Shown here piece after piece: positions 18,389 to 28,892 of a stretch of DNA of 64,000 nt; position 1 is the first letter of the stretch; each line of letters begins with the position of its first letter. The stretch covers positions 1,954,063-2,018,062 of the forward strand of contig OZ244798.1 in NCBI GenBank assembly GCA_965220015.1, given 5' to 3'. Origin of the DNA: Chloroflexota bacterium (GTDB lineage: Bacteria > Chloroflexota > UBA11872 > VXOZ01). A program made the position numbers and the translations under genes. The notes beneath the pieces were generated by a model, which saw only the letters and a program-made list of their open reading frames with translations, did not search any database and was not told the origin of the DNA.

Positions 18389-19336
18389 ATGCGTGTAATC
18401 TTCTGCGGTACAGCCGCCTTTGCCGTACCCAGCCTGCATGCACTCGCCCGCAGCCATACGGTTGTCTTGGTGGTTACACAAGCAGATCGTCCGGCAGGGC
18501 GCGGCCGCAAGCCCCAGATGACACCAGTTAAGCACGCGGCCAGGGAACTCGGTCTCAAGGTTCTACAACCCCGTTCCCTGCGCGGGGAAGCGCTGGCGGC
18601 GGAACTAAGGGCGCTTGCAGCAGACGTCATCGTAGTTGCGGCCTACGGCAAGATTCTGCCGCCGGCAATTCTCAACGCTGCGACTCACGGTTGCCTAAAC
18701 GTGCATGCCTCGCTCCTGCCGCGGCATCGGGGCGCCGCGCCGGTTACAGCCGCCCTTCTCGCCGGTGACGCGGAGACGGGCATCACCATCATGCAGATGG
18801 ATGAGGGTCTCGACACCGGCCCAATCCTACGGCAACATTCACTCCCGCTTTCCGGCGAGGAGACGACAGCAACATTGACAGCCGCCTTGGCTCAGCGCGG
18901 CGCCGACCTCCTCTTGCCGACGATGACCGAGTGGGTCGAGGGAAGTCTCAAGCCGCAACGTCAAGATGAATCAAAAGCTACATACGCTCCGCTGCTACAG
19001 AAGGATGATGGAAGTGTGCAATGGGACCAAGGAGCGGAGGCGATATGTCGCCACGTGCGGGCCATGCAGCCTTGGCCGGGCGCGTTCACGTATTGGCATG
19101 GCAGGCAACTGAAGATCTACCGCGCGCGGCCGCTAGCGGTTTCTGTCGAAGGAGCGCCGGGAACCGTGGTGCTGCACCGCAGGGATCTCGCCGTAGTAGC
19201 CGGTGCAGGAATTGTCGTGCTGGAGGAAGTGCAAATCGCAGGTAAACGGGCACTGCCCGGAGCCGAATTCCTCCGTGGCTATGGCAGCATTGTCGGCGCG
19301 GTACTCGAAGGGTCGGGCATGGTATCATGGCTCTGA
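18389..19336 (+). CDS. fmt: Methionyl-tRNA formyltransferase.
   Basis: N-terminal formyltransferase domain (HASLLPRHRG, SLLP motif) plus C-terminal domain. Conserved def-fmt arrangement. Confidence 0.9.
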   Translation: MRVIFCGTAAFAVPSLHALARSHTVVLVVTQADRPAGRGRKPQMTPVKHAARELGLKVLQPRSLRGEALAAELRALAADVIVVAAYGKILPPAILNAATHGCLNVHASLLPRHRGAAPVTAALLAGDAETGITIMQMDEGLDTGPILRQHSLPLSGEETTATLTAALAQRGADLLLPTMTEWVEGSLKPQRQDESKATYAPLLQKDDGSVQWDQGAEAICRHVRAMQPWPGAFTYWHGRQLKIYRARPLAVSVEGAPGTVVLHRRDLAVVAGAGIVVLEEVQIAGKRALPGAEFLRGYGSIVGAVLEGSGMVSWL

Positions 19337-19404
19337 TGCCTAAGCAATTTCCATCTGTGAAAGAGGCGGTGGGTACCTTCTATAACTGTCCGTAAAATCG
19401 GATA

Positions 19405-21111
19405 GTGCCGTCGCAGCGGCACAAGAGGCGTGTGCGCATGGATGATCCGGTAACGGTTGGGCTGCCATTGACAGAGACTGAGATTCAGGTAACGGATGAT
19501 ATCGGAGCCCTCGTTAGAGTCATGCCGCCACGGATCCGAGGCTCTCTAGAGGCGATTGAAGATGCGTCCGACCTGCTTGAAATCGTCCTGGATCTCGGCC
19601 GTAAGCCGGAAGCTCGCTTCCTCAACCGTGAAGCCATCCTAGACGACAGAGACATTACGGCAGACGACATTGCCCTCGTAATTTCTCGGATGGGCACATT
19701 TACGGATGACAACCGTTCCGGCATTCCCCGTACGCTCCATCGCATTTCAGCAATCCGCAACCGAACGGCGGAAATTGTAGGCTTAACGTGCCGAATTGGC
19801 CGGGCCGTCTTCGGTACCATTGAGATAATTCGCGATCTTGTTGAGTCGGGAAAGAGTTTGCTGCTGCTGGGAAGCCCGGGCGTGGGGAAGACGACGCTGT
19901 TGCGCGATGTGGCCCGCGTTCTTGCCGATGAGTCCCATAAGCGGGTCATCGTCGTAGACACCTCTAACGAAATTGCCGGCGACGGCGATATTGCGCATGC
20001 CGGCATCGGTCGCGCCCGGCGTATGCAGGTGCCAAGTTCCACTGACCAGCACAAGGTCATGATCGAGGCGGTTGAAAACCATATGCCGGAAGTGATCGTC
20101 ATCGATGAAATCGGCACTGAACTGGAGGCGGCCGCAGCCCGCACCATTGCCGAGCGCGGCGTACAGCTTGTCGGTACCGCGCACGGCAACACCCTGACCA
20201 ACCTGTTGCAGAACCCAACGCTATCCGATCTGATCGGAGGCATTCAGTCAGTCACTCTCAGCGATGAAGAAGCCCGGCGGCGACGCTCCCAGAAATCCGT
20301 TCTTGAACGAAAGGCGCCGCCCACGTTTCACATCCTGGTGGAAATCAAGGGCTGGCACCACATGATCGTTCACCACGATGTTGCAGAGACCATCGATAGT
20401 CTCCTGCGGGGTCGCCCAATTGCCGTAGAGGAGCGAGTGCGCGGTAAAGACAACAGGATTGAGTCCACCCGGCACTCCATCTCACCTCCGCAAGGCATGC
20501 GGTCGCAAGAGCTATGGGATCCCAGGGAGGGACAGACGGCGCCCCAAAGAGAGCGACCGGACTCACAGACCAATGGCCGGATGCGCACACCCGATGTTGC
20601 TCCTCTCCCGGAGCATTGGGCGAGTGATGACTACGAGGAGCGGCCGCCGCGAAACCCAATAACAATCTTCCCGTTCGGTGTCAGCCGCAAGCGTTTGGAA
20701 GATGGAGCGCGACACTTGGGCGTGCCCGCGTGGGTCACCGAAAATCTCGACGAGGCCGACGTCGTACTCACGCTCAAGAGCTATTACCGCCAGCGGACAG
20801 GTCCCTTACAAAAAGCAGAACAAAAGCAGATACCTCTCTTTGTGCTGCGGAGCAATGCGCAGTCACAAATCAACCAAAGCCTGGCCAGCATCTTTGATCT
20901 TGATACCCGGCAGCAAGCGCGCGAGACCGAAGACTTACGCCTTGCCGAAGCGGCAGTGCAAGAGACCTTGCACACCTCGCATCCGGTCGACTTGCCGCCG
21001 GCGAATTCCTACATTCGCCGTCTCCAACACGAGCTTGCCCAGAAGTTCAAGCTTGGTTCCCGTAGCTACGGTAAGGAACCGAACCGCTGGGTGCGCATTC
21101 ACAAGCCCTAG
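19405..21111 (+). CDS. AAA ATPase (SpoIIIAA/Ycf45-like) with a C-terminal R3H nucleic-acid-binding domain.
   Basis: Walker [10 protein letters not shown], Walker B VIVIDEIG, an Arg-rich low-complexity linker, and a C-terminal R3H motif ([13 protein letters not shown]). Confidence 0.6.
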   Translation: MPSQRHKRRVRMDDPVTVGLPLTETEIQVTDDIGALVRVMPPRIRGSLEAIEDASDLLEIVLDLGRKPEARFLNREAILDDRDITADDIALVISRMGTFTDDNRSGIPRTLHRISAIRNRTAEIVGLTCRIGRAVFGTIEIIRDLVESGKSLLLLGSPGVGKTTLLRDVARVLADESHKRVIVVDTSNEIAGDGDIAHAGIGRARRMQVPSSTDQHKVMIEAVENHMPEVIVIDEIGTELEAAAARTIAERGVQLVGTAHGNTLTNLLQNPTLSDLIGGIQSVTLSDEEARRRRSQKSVLERKAPPTFHILVEIKGWHHMIVHHDVAETIDSLLRGRPIAVEERVRGKDNRIESTRHSISPPQGMRSQELWDPREGQTAPQRERPDSQTNGRMRTPDVAPLPEHWASDDYEERPPRNPITIFPFGVSRKRLEDGARHLGVPAWVTENLDEADVVLTLKSYYRQRTGPLQKAEQKQIPLFVLRSNAQSQINQSLASIFDLDTRQQARETEDLRLAEAAVQETLHTSHPVDLPPANSYIRRLQHELAQKFKLGSRSYGKEPNRWVRIHKP

Positions 21112-21123
21112 ACCCAGAAACGT

Positions 21124-22188
21124 ATGACTATCCTCGACGACGAACGATCGATAGCTAAACTTGACTTAGACAACATGGCGGGCCAGATTGCGGGGTTTCC
21201 CGCTGCCTGCGCTGCTGCTTGGGAGCGGGCGCAAGGGGTCTCCTTGCCCCGAGACTACCGTTCAGTCAATGCGGTAGTGATCCTCGGCATGGGGGGATCG
21301 GCAATCAGCGGCGATCTCGCGCGCACACTCGGAGCGGAGTCTGCCTCCGTGCCCATAGAGGTCGTTCGCGGCTACCGCGTACCAGGGTATGTCGACAGCA
21401 ACTCGCTGGTTATTGCCATCAGCTTTTCCGGTAATACCGAGGAGACTCTCGCGGCTTTCGCTGCCGCCCTTCAGAAAAGAGCATCCCTGATCGCTATTGC
21501 GAGTGGAGGGGCTTTGTTAGAGCGTGCACACGCCGCGGGTCTGCCGCTCTATTCAATCAAGGCAGCAAGTCAACCCCGCGCCGCCCTGCCGCATCTCTAT
21601 TTGCCGATCATCCATGCCCTAACCTCGCTAGAGATCATCGCATGTCCCACTGCGGTCGTTTCAGAATCTATGGAATTTGTCGCTGCGCAGGCGCAAGTCT
21701 TTGCTCTCGACGTACCTGAACGCAGGAATCCCGCCAAGAAGCTGGCGCGAGCGTTACACGGGCGCATTGTAAGTATCTATGGCTCGGAATTCCTTGGAGA
21801 AGTGGCGCGGCGTTGGAAAACTCAACTGAACGAGAACAGTAAGCAGTGGGCAGAATTTGAGCACTTGCCCGAGGCCAACCACAACACTGTGGTTGGCTAT
21901 AGCTTCCCCGCCGACCACACCGACGCAGTATCCGTCGTGCAACTCGCGTCACCGCTCTACCACGAGCGCACGCGCATCAGGCTGCAACTAACCGGGGAGC
22001 TACTCGATGCCGCGGGGATTGCAAACGAAACAGTGGCAGTTCAAGGCCCGACACCTTTGGCGCAGCAGCTCTATGCAATTCTGCTGGGTGATTACGTCAG
22101 TTACTACGTAGCAATCCTAAATGGTGTGGATCCCACACCGGTTGCGCCCTTAGACTACGTTAAAGCGAGACTAGCTGCCGCAACGTGA
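21124..22188 (+). CDS. Bifunctional phosphoglucose/phosphomannose isomerase (archaeal-type SIS-domain PGI/PMI).
   Basis: Two SIS domains (ILGMGGSAISGD..., AISFSGNTEETL) and family length. Confidence 0.7.
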   Translation: MTILDDERSIAKLDLDNMAGQIAGFPAACAAAWERAQGVSLPRDYRSVNAVVILGMGGSAISGDLARTLGAESASVPIEVVRGYRVPGYVDSNSLVIAISFSGNTEETLAAFAAALQKRASLIAIASGGALLERAHAAGLPLYSIKAASQPRAALPHLYLPIIHALTSLEIIACPTAVVSESMEFVAAQAQVFALDVPERRNPAKKLARALHGRIVSIYGSEFLGEVARRWKTQLNENSKQWAEFEHLPEANHNTVVGYSFPADHTDAVSVVQLASPLYHERTRIRLQLTGELLDAAGIANETVAVQGPTPLAQQLYAILLGDYVSYYVAILNGVDPTPVAPLDYVKARLAAAT

Positions 22189-22311
22189 GTTTCGCCGCAG
22201 GCGCAGCAACGTACGCAGCGCGTATTCCACGCTTTGACAGTCGATGAGACCATTGATACACTTGCCACGAGCCAAACCAGCCTACTAACAGGACGGAGGA
22301 ATTGAGCCAGC

Positions 22312-23247
22312 ATGGAAAGACATTGGAGCCACTATATGCACCTGGGATTTGTGCACTTTATGCTCTTTCCCGAGGTGATGGGTGGTGATGGACCGATTAT
22401 TGAATCATTGCGGCATCTTACGACTGACGACTTCTTTCAAGTTGCTGAAATTACCCATATAGCAGATCCTGCGGTTGCGCAAGAGGCAAAGGCTCTGAGC
22501 GCTGCCACAAAGCTCAATCTAGGCTTCGGCGTTCAGCCCATCCTCCTGCGCAATCAGTTGAATCTTGCAAGCCTCGATGACTCGCACCGCCAAGGCGCGG
22601 TGACGCGAATTAAGCAGGCGGTAGACGAAGCGTATGCAATGGGTACCCGTGTGCTCGGGATCTTCGACGGCCCCTCGTCATTTCCTGGAGAAGAGCACAA
22701 GCGCCAGGCGTTGGATGCGTTCACGGAATCGCTAAAGGAAATTTGCTCCTACGCGGAGCAGCAGCGTACGGACTATACCCTCTGGGTATCGCTCGAGCAG
22801 TTCGACCGAGACGTCGACAAGAAGAGCCTCGTAGGTCCAATCGAAGATACATTGCCTCTTTGCAAAGCGGTCCGCGCGCAGTGCGGTAACTTTGGACTCT
22901 TGGTTGACCAGGGTCATCTTCCTCTGCTGGGCGAAACGCCGCAGGCTACCCTCTCAGCGGCGCGGGAATACCTAGGGCACATCCATCTCGGTAGCTGTAT
23001 AAAAAAACCGGGGCACGCGCTCTACGGGGACCAACATCCTCGGTTCGGCCACGAGGACGGCGAAAACGACACCGCAGAACTCGCGGAGTTTCTCCGCACG
23101 CTGTTTGAGATCGGTTACTTCGATAAAGAGGCGCCGACGGAGAAACCTCTTTGCACCTTTGAACTGAAACCCGCGCCTGGCGAAGATTCCCTGTCTGTCA
23201 TGGCGAATGCTAAGCGGACGTTTCAGGCGGCCTGGGCACAGTTATAA
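22312..23247 (+). CDS. Sugar phosphate isomerase/epimerase (xylose isomerase-like TIM barrel).
   Basis: AP endonuclease 2/xylose isomerase-like fold signatures with conserved His/Glu/Asp metal ligands spread along the sequence. Confidence 0.6.
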   Translation: MERHWSHYMHLGFVHFMLFPEVMGGDGPIIESLRHLTTDDFFQVAEITHIADPAVAQEAKALSAATKLNLGFGVQPILLRNQLNLASLDDSHRQGAVTRIKQAVDEAYAMGTRVLGIFDGPSSFPGEEHKRQALDAFTESLKEICSYAEQQRTDYTLWVSLEQFDRDVDKKSLVGPIEDTLPLCKAVRAQCGNFGLLVDQGHLPLLGETPQATLSAAREYLGHIHLGSCIKKPGHALYGDQHPRFGHEDGENDTAELAEFLRTLFEIGYFDKEAPTEKPLCTFELKPAPGEDSLSVMANAKRTFQAAWAQL

Positions 23248-23282
23248 GCAAGACTGAGCAATTAAGAAAGAGTAGAGAAACA

Positions 23283-24263
23283 ATGCAGCCCAAAATTTGT
23301 GTGACACGTCGGATACCGGAGTCGGGAATTGCGCTACTCCAGCAGTCCTGTGACGTGGAAGTCTGGGATAGTGACGACGTGATGCCGCGAGCAGACTTCC
23401 TGGAAGCGGTCGCCGGCAAGGACGCCGTGCTCTGTCTGCTGACCGACAAGGTCGACGCCGAAACCTTGGACGTGGCCAAGCAGGCGAAAATCTTCGCCAA
23501 CATGGCAGTGGGCTTTGACAACATCGACGTCGAAGAGTGCACCAAGCGGGGCGTAATTGCGAGCAACACGCCAGGCGTGCTCACCGACACGACGGCCGAC
23601 TTTGCGTTCACACTGCTTATGGCCGCCGCGCGCCGCATTCGTGAGGCGCATGAGTTCGTTCATGCCGGCAAGTGGGAGACGTGGGGACCGCTCTTGCTCA
23701 TGGGGCAGGATATCCATCACGCCACGCTTGGCTTGATCGGATTGGGACGAATTGGCACGGAGATGGCCCGGCGCGGTCAGGGCTTCTCGATGCGCGTAAT
23801 TTACAATGACGTGGTGCGGCGGGAAGACCTGGAGCAAGAACTCAGCATCGAGTATGCCGACTTTGATACGGTTCTCAATGAATCCGACTTCGTCAGCGTG
23901 CACGTGCCCTATATGCCGACGACGCACCATCTGATCAGCACAAGTGAGCTGGCGAAGATGAAGAAATCAGCCGTGCTCATCAATACTGCGCGCGGTCCGA
24001 TCGTGGATTCGCAGGCGCTCTATGCTGCGCTAAAGTCGGGTGAGATCTGGGCGGCGGGGCTTGACGTTACCGAGCCTGAGCCAATACCAATGGATGATCC
24101 ACTGCTCACGCTGGACAACTGCCTGGTAGCCCCCCACATTGCGAGCGCCAGCTTCAATACGCGCAGCGACATGTCTGAGCTTGCTGCGAATAACATCCTG
24201 GCCGCGTTGGCCGGCGAGCGCCCTCCCACAATCCTGAACCCTGAAGTGCTGGGAAACAGCTAG
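23283..24263 (+). CDS. D-isomer-specific 2-hydroxyacid dehydrogenase (glyoxylate/hydroxypyruvate reductase).
   Basis: NAD-binding GLIGLGRIG, catalytic R-E-H arrangement (NTARG, APHIASAS). Confidence 0.8.
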   Translation: MQPKICVTRRIPESGIALLQQSCDVEVWDSDDVMPRADFLEAVAGKDAVLCLLTDKVDAETLDVAKQAKIFANMAVGFDNIDVEECTKRGVIASNTPGVLTDTTADFAFTLLMAAARRIREAHEFVHAGKWETWGPLLLMGQDIHHATLGLIGLGRIGTEMARRGQGFSMRVIYNDVVRREDLEQELSIEYADFDTVLNESDFVSVHVPYMPTTHHLISTSELAKMKKSAVLINTARGPIVDSQALYAALKSGEIWAAGLDVTEPEPIPMDDPLLTLDNCLVAPHIASASFNTRSDMSELAANNILAALAGERPPTILNPEVLGNS

Positions 24264-24390
24264 CTCGTAGTTGAGCCCTTGGCACGCGCATGCTGGTAAT
24301 CAAGTTGCGGCGCAAGCGTGGATGAGGGGAACAGTTGAGACAGGCCCTTCATTCGTAGGCTTACGGACTCGCGAATGTGGTGCGCGTTCC

Positions 24391-25575
24391 CTACCGGGTG
24401 CTGTTCTCGGCGGACTGTGTCTTCCACGGCAACACACGCAGCCGCTCCCGTGCCGGAACTCGGAAGACAGGCGGCATCGCATACGTTTTTACCCGGCTGT
24501 GCACTGCGATACTCTGCAGCAGTGCGATGCCGATGAACGTAGTAGTCAACGCGCTGCCGCCGTAGGAGAGAAACGGCAGCGGAATCCCGGTGACCGGCAA
24601 CAACCCAATGATCATGCCCACGTTGACAAATGTCTGCAAGAAGATGATGGTTGTTACCCCAACTGCAAGATTCTGACCGAAGTGGTCGCGCGCGTTTGTG
24701 GCAATCAAAGAAGCCCGAAAGAGCAGTACTAAGAACAACGCAAGCACGAGCATGCTGCCGACAAAGCCAAGTTCCTCGGCGAGCACTGCAAAGACAAAGT
24801 CTTTATGCTGCACCCGCAAATACTCAAGCTGCGTTTGAGACCCCTGAAACAGTCCTCGCCCCCAAAGCTCCCCCGCCCCTACGCTGATTTGCGCCTGTAA
24901 CACGTTATAACCCGCGCCGAATGGGTCTGCCGAGGGATCCAGGAAGGTTGTCACGCGCTCCCACATATAGTCCTTGATTCGAATGAGTTGCAACGACACG
25001 GCAGCCAACAGGCCGATTGCTACACCTATCAAATAGCGGAACGGTACACCTGCCATGAAGATCATGACTCCCCAGATGCCGAGGAACATAAGCGTGGTGC
25101 CGAGGTCGGGCTCTCTATACACCAAGAATGCGGGTACCGCAGTGATGATGATGGAACCCAAGAAGTAGCGAATGTCCTCGATCCGGCGCTGTCCCGCACT
25201 CAAGAAGTGCGCCAGCACCACGATTAGGGCGATTTTTGCAAATTCAGAGGGTTGCAAAGAGAAGGGGCCGATTAAGAACCAGCGCTGGGATCCGCCAATT
25301 GATACCCCAACGAAAAGCACTGCAAGCAAGAGCGCGACAGAAGTGCCGTAACCAATCCAGGCCAATGTGCCCAGCCAGCGATAGTTCAGCTTGGGCGCTA
25401 TGGCGAGAATTACCACACCCATGCCCAAGAACACACTCTGTTTAATGACGTCTGTGGACGTCCCGGAGTCCAAGAGTGTTGCGCTGCGGATGAGAACTAT
25501 GCCCACACCAGCCAAGAGAAGCGCAGCTACGGTGAGCCAGTAGTCGTACAGCTTCCACTTTCGTATGGCAATCAT
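24391..25575 (-). CDS. rodA: Peptidoglycan glycosyltransferase RodA (SEDS family).
   Basis: 10-TM FtsW/RodA/SpoVE family protein immediately downstream of mrdA. Confidence 0.85.
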   Translation of the reverse strand: MIAIRKWKLYDYWLTVAALLLAGVGIVLIRSATLLDSGTSTDVIKQSVFLGMGVVILAIAPKLNYRWLGTLAWIGYGTSVALLLAVLFVGVSIGGSQRWFLIGPFSLQPSEFAKIALIVVLAHFLSAGQRRIEDIRYFLGSIIITAVPAFLVYREPDLGTTLMFLGIWGVMIFMAGVPFRYLIGVAIGLLAAVSLQLIRIKDYMWERVTTFLDPSADPFGAGYNVLQAQISVGAGELWGRGLFQGSQTQLEYLRVQHKDFVFAVLAEELGFVGSMLVLALFLVLLFRASLIATNARDHFGQNLAVGVTTIIFLQTFVNVGMIIGLLPVTGIPLPFLSYGGSALTTTFIGIALLQSIAVHSRVKTYAMPPVFRVPARERLRVLPWKTQSAENSTR

Positions 25576-25576
25576 G

Positions 25577-27466
25577 CTATTGGCTAGCGCTCCCGGCAGA
25601 CTCGAAATAGAAGCGGGTCATCTTGTCTGCAATCGGGGCCGCGAACTCTGAACCCTCGCCAGCACCATAGAGGACTACAGCAAAGGCGATTTCAGGTTCT
25701 TCAAACGGTGCAAACCCCGTAAACAAGGCATGGGTCGGCAGGTAGCCCTCTTCACTACGTGGGCCCGGAAACTCTGCCGTACCGGTCTTCCCGGCAATAC
25801 CAAACGGATTGGATGCAATTCGGATTGCCGTGCCGCGCACCACCACGTCGCGCATTGCGTTTCGAATTACCGCAAGCACTTCCGCAGAAAAAGGCAACTG
25901 GCGTGCCACCCTGGGTTCAATTTGCTCCGCCAGCAAGCCATCGGCGCTGCGGACTTCCGCGGCTATCTTAGGATACATCAATTTCCCACCGTTTGCAATA
26001 GCGGCGGATAAATTCGCAAGTTGCAGCGGTGTAGACAATACATCGCCCTGTCCAATGGCTGTGTTGTAGGAGTCGCCTTGGAACCAACGCTCATTCTTTA
26101 CCCGCTGTTTACGCTCGGGTGTCGGGATAAGACCGTCTTGCTCGCCGGGCAAGTCAATCCCCGAGATCTGTCCAAAGCCACATGAAGTAGCCGCGCGCGC
26201 GAGAGCTTCCGGCCCGATTCCTTCGAACCCCGTGTGGGGATTGCCGCCAACCAAGTTGTAGAAGAACACGTCACAGGAGTTCACCAGACCCTCATAGGCA
26301 TTCATCAGGCCGTGTCCGCTGCGCTTCCAGCAACCGAACTCCCAACCGCCGGCGAGTATTAGGCTGCCGCGGCACTCGAATTCCTTGTTCAAGTCCATGT
26401 TGTAGTTTTCGAGCCATTCGGCCATGCTCACGAGCTTAAAGGTCGAGGCCGGCGGGTAGAGGCCGCCGATCACCTGGTTGACCAGGGGCCGCGACGGATC
26501 GTTGGCTAGCGCGGCATAATCATCTTGCGAAATAGAACGGGCAAACAGGTTGTTGTCGTAGCCGGGCAGGCTCACGAGAGTGCGCACCGCTCCGGTTGCT
26601 ACGTCCAGCGCGACAACCGCGCCAGATGGCGCTCCTGAAGCGTCAAGGCCTTCTTGCAGCATTTGCGTGACCGCTTCCTGAAGCTGCAAGTCCAGTCCCA
26701 ATGTGAGGTTCTTCCCGGGGCGGGGCGGTGTCTCTTCGAGAACGCGCACAGTGCGTCCATACGCGTTAACCTCCGCATTCCTTTGGCCCTTTTCTCCTTG
26801 GAGCTCTGCCTCATAGACTGATTCAATCCCAGCGATCCCAACTTGGTCGTCCCGTTCGTACCCGCGACTCAAATAGAACTCAGTTCGCTCACTGGGAATT
26901 GGACCCACGTACCCCAGGATGTGACCGTTGCTATCGCCAATTGGATATTCGCGGATTGGTCTGCTCTCGGCGGAGATACCTGGGAGGAACGGATTTTCTT
27001 CTTCAATGATGAGAGCGACGTGGCGGGGTACGTCTCGCTTCAGGATGGTCGGCTGATAGGGACTTTGAAGTCCTTCAGCCATGCGCTCCATGAGTATTGG
27101 CGGGGGAATCACCAGCAGTGCCGACAGTCGCCGCGCTACATTTTCCATCTCATCGCGCGGCAAGTCTATCATGCGCGCTACCACACTGAAGCTGGGGGCA
27201 TTTATGGCAACTCTTCGGTCATTTCGATCGTAGATGACACCGCGAAGCGGCTTGATGGACAACACTCTCAGGCTGTTGTTCACTGCCTGATCGCGAAACT
27301 CGGGTCCTCTTACAATCTGGATATACCAAAGGCGGGCCACAAGAGCGAGAAAGGAGAGGATCAGGACGATTCTCAGAAAGTAAAAGCGAATTACCTCGCG
27401 CCGTGTGAGACGACGTTTCTCCTCAATCATCTTCGCCTCCCTGCGAGCATGTTGGCCTCCCGGCAA
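25577..27466 (-). CDS. mrdA: Penicillin-binding protein 2 (transpeptidase).
   Basis: N-terminal membrane anchor, dimerisation domain, transpeptidase motifs STFK, SCD and KTGTA. Start possibly MIEEKRRL at 27430. Confidence 0.85.
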   Translation of the reverse strand: MPGGQHARREAKMIEEKRRLTRREVIRFYFLRIVLILSFLALVARLWYIQIVRGPEFRDQAVNNSLRVLSIKPLRGVIYDRNDRRVAINAPSFSVVARMIDLPRDEMENVARRLSALLVIPPPILMERMAEGLQSPYQPTILKRDVPRHVALIIEEENPFLPGISAESRPIREYPIGDSNGHILGYVGPIPSERTEFYLSRGYERDDQVGIAGIESVYEAELQGEKGQRNAEVNAYGRTVRVLEETPPRPGKNLTLGLDLQLQEAVTQMLQEGLDASGAPSGAVVALDVATGAVRTLVSLPGYDNNLFARSISQDDYAALANDPSRPLVNQVIGGLYPPASTFKLVSMAEWLENYNMDLNKEFECRGSLILAGGWEFGCWKRSGHGLMNAYEGLVNSCDVFFYNLVGGNPHTGFEGIGPEALARAATSCGFGQISGIDLPGEQDGLIPTPERKQRVKNERWFQGDSYNTAIGQGDVLSTPLQLANLSAAIANGGKLMYPKIAAEVRSADGLLAEQIEPRVARQLPFSAEVLAVIRNAMRDVVVRGTAIRIASNPFGIAGKTGTAEFPGPRSEEGYLPTHALFTGFAPFEEPEIAFAVVLYGAGEGSEFAAPIADKMTRFYFESAGSASQ

Positions 27467-27489
27467 ACATCATTGCCGCCTGGCAAGCA

Positions 27490-28005
27490 TCACCGCCGCC
27501 TGGCGCCGGGGTTTCCTGAGGCCACTTCAAGCAAGCGAAATCCTGCTAGGACGATCAACGGGGCGAAGAGTGCATTGATAAGCGCCGTTGGCATTGCCTT
27601 CTGCAGGAGCATATCGCCAAATGCGAATCTGTAATCGAAAGTGATGAGCAGGGCGCCAAGGAGGAGGAAGTACACAAGAGCTACCCAGAGCGTAGTAACT
27701 GCCGAAACCACTATCCGGTTCGGCTGCACGATGCTGACGGCAAAACCACCGACAAATCCCGCTATTGTAAGGGCAAGCGCGCTTAGACCCCAATGGGCTT
27801 CAGAGAAGGCGTCGAGCAGAAGACCGCCCACAAACCCCCAGCCGGCGCCGCCGGCCGGACCGTACCAGAGCGCCACAAGGGTTACAATCTGCAACATGGG
27901 CAGCCACACAACTCCAAAGAGAGGAAAGTGCCACACGACGCTTGCCTGCAACAGAGCGGCCACGATCATGAGTATTACGATGGCAGGGCGAGACACATCG
28001 TTCAT
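27490..28005 (-). CDS. mreD: Rod shape-determining protein MreD.
   Basis: Small 5-TM membrane protein between mreC and mrdA. Overlaps the mreC stop by 4 nt. Confidence 0.6.
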   Translation of the reverse strand: MNDVSRPAIVILMIVAALLQASVVWHFPLFGVVWLPMLQIVTLVALWYGPAGGAGWGFVGGLLLDAFSEAHWGLSALALTIAGFVGGFAVSIVQPNRIVVSAVTTLWVALVYFLLLGALLITFDYRFAFGDMLLQKAMPTALINALFAPLIVLAGFRLLEVASGNPGARRR

Positions 28006-28868
28006 TGCGTTGGCCCCGGAAACTCCCGTTCCTCAATCGGCAGTGGCACAAAATTAGCTACGACCATTACATGTTCCAATTGCGAGAAATCAACAAAGGG
28101 TTCAATTTCCGCCGTTTGAAATACCTCGTAGTCCTCTTGTTGTACGTGAATGACCTTGCCCAGCACAAAGTCTTTGGGCAACCCTCCGCCCATGCCGCTT
28201 GTAACCACTATGTCCCGCAAATTAAGCTCTTCGGTCTGCAGAATATAGCGCATCTGCAGACTGCCTTCTTGGGTACCGTAGACTATGCCGAACGTGCGCC
28301 GGGGACCGCCTTGAACGACGACGTTTACGGCACTGGTGGGACTGGTTACGAGCCGAACCTTGGACCAATGCGATGAGACTCCAGTAATCTTGCCTACGAG
28401 GCCGAGATGGGTCACCACGACCATGCCACTCTCGATTCCATTGCTACTGCCACGATCGATGATAATGACATCTATCAGGTTCGTAGGGTCTCTTCCGATC
28501 ACCTGAGCAGAGATGAACCTCCATTCAGAGGTTGTTTGGACGTAACCCAGTTGCTCGCGGAGAGTCCGATTTTCGATCTCCGCGCCACGTAGACTTATGA
28601 CTTCTCGCAGGAGTCTTTCTACATCTGTGCGCAGCGCGGCATTCTCTTCGCGTAGGTCGCGAGTCTCTTGGAAGGAGCCCAGTACATAGGCTGCCGCTCC
28701 GGTCGTCGTATCGAGGGCGCGTTGAATGGGCACCGCAACGAATGACACTGCGCTTTCCACGGGACGCAGCCAGCCTTGGCGCGACAGGAACACGAGCAGA
28801 ACTGCGGCAACAACTAGCAGAGCGAGCCTTAGGGCCAAGGCTCTCGGTTGAAAATTGAAGTCACGCAT
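28002..28868 (-). CDS. mreC: Rod shape-determining protein MreC.
   Basis: N-terminal TM, coiled-coil, and C-terminal beta-domain typical of MreC. Position between mreB and mreD. Confidence 0.8.
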   Translation of the reverse strand: MRDFNFQPRALALRLALLVVAAVLLVFLSRQGWLRPVESAVSFVAVPIQRALDTTTGAAAYVLGSFQETRDLREENAALRTDVERLLREVISLRGAEIENRTLREQLGYVQTTSEWRFISAQVIGRDPTNLIDVIIIDRGSSNGIESGMVVVTHLGLVGKITGVSSHWSKVRLVTSPTSAVNVVVQGGPRRTFGIVYGTQEGSLQMRYILQTEELNLRDIVVTSGMGGGLPKDFVLGKVIHVQQEDYEVFQTAEIEPFVDFSQLEHVMVVANFVPLPIEEREFPGPTQ

Positions 28869-28892
28869 TACGTCTCAGCCAGCCCACCAGGT

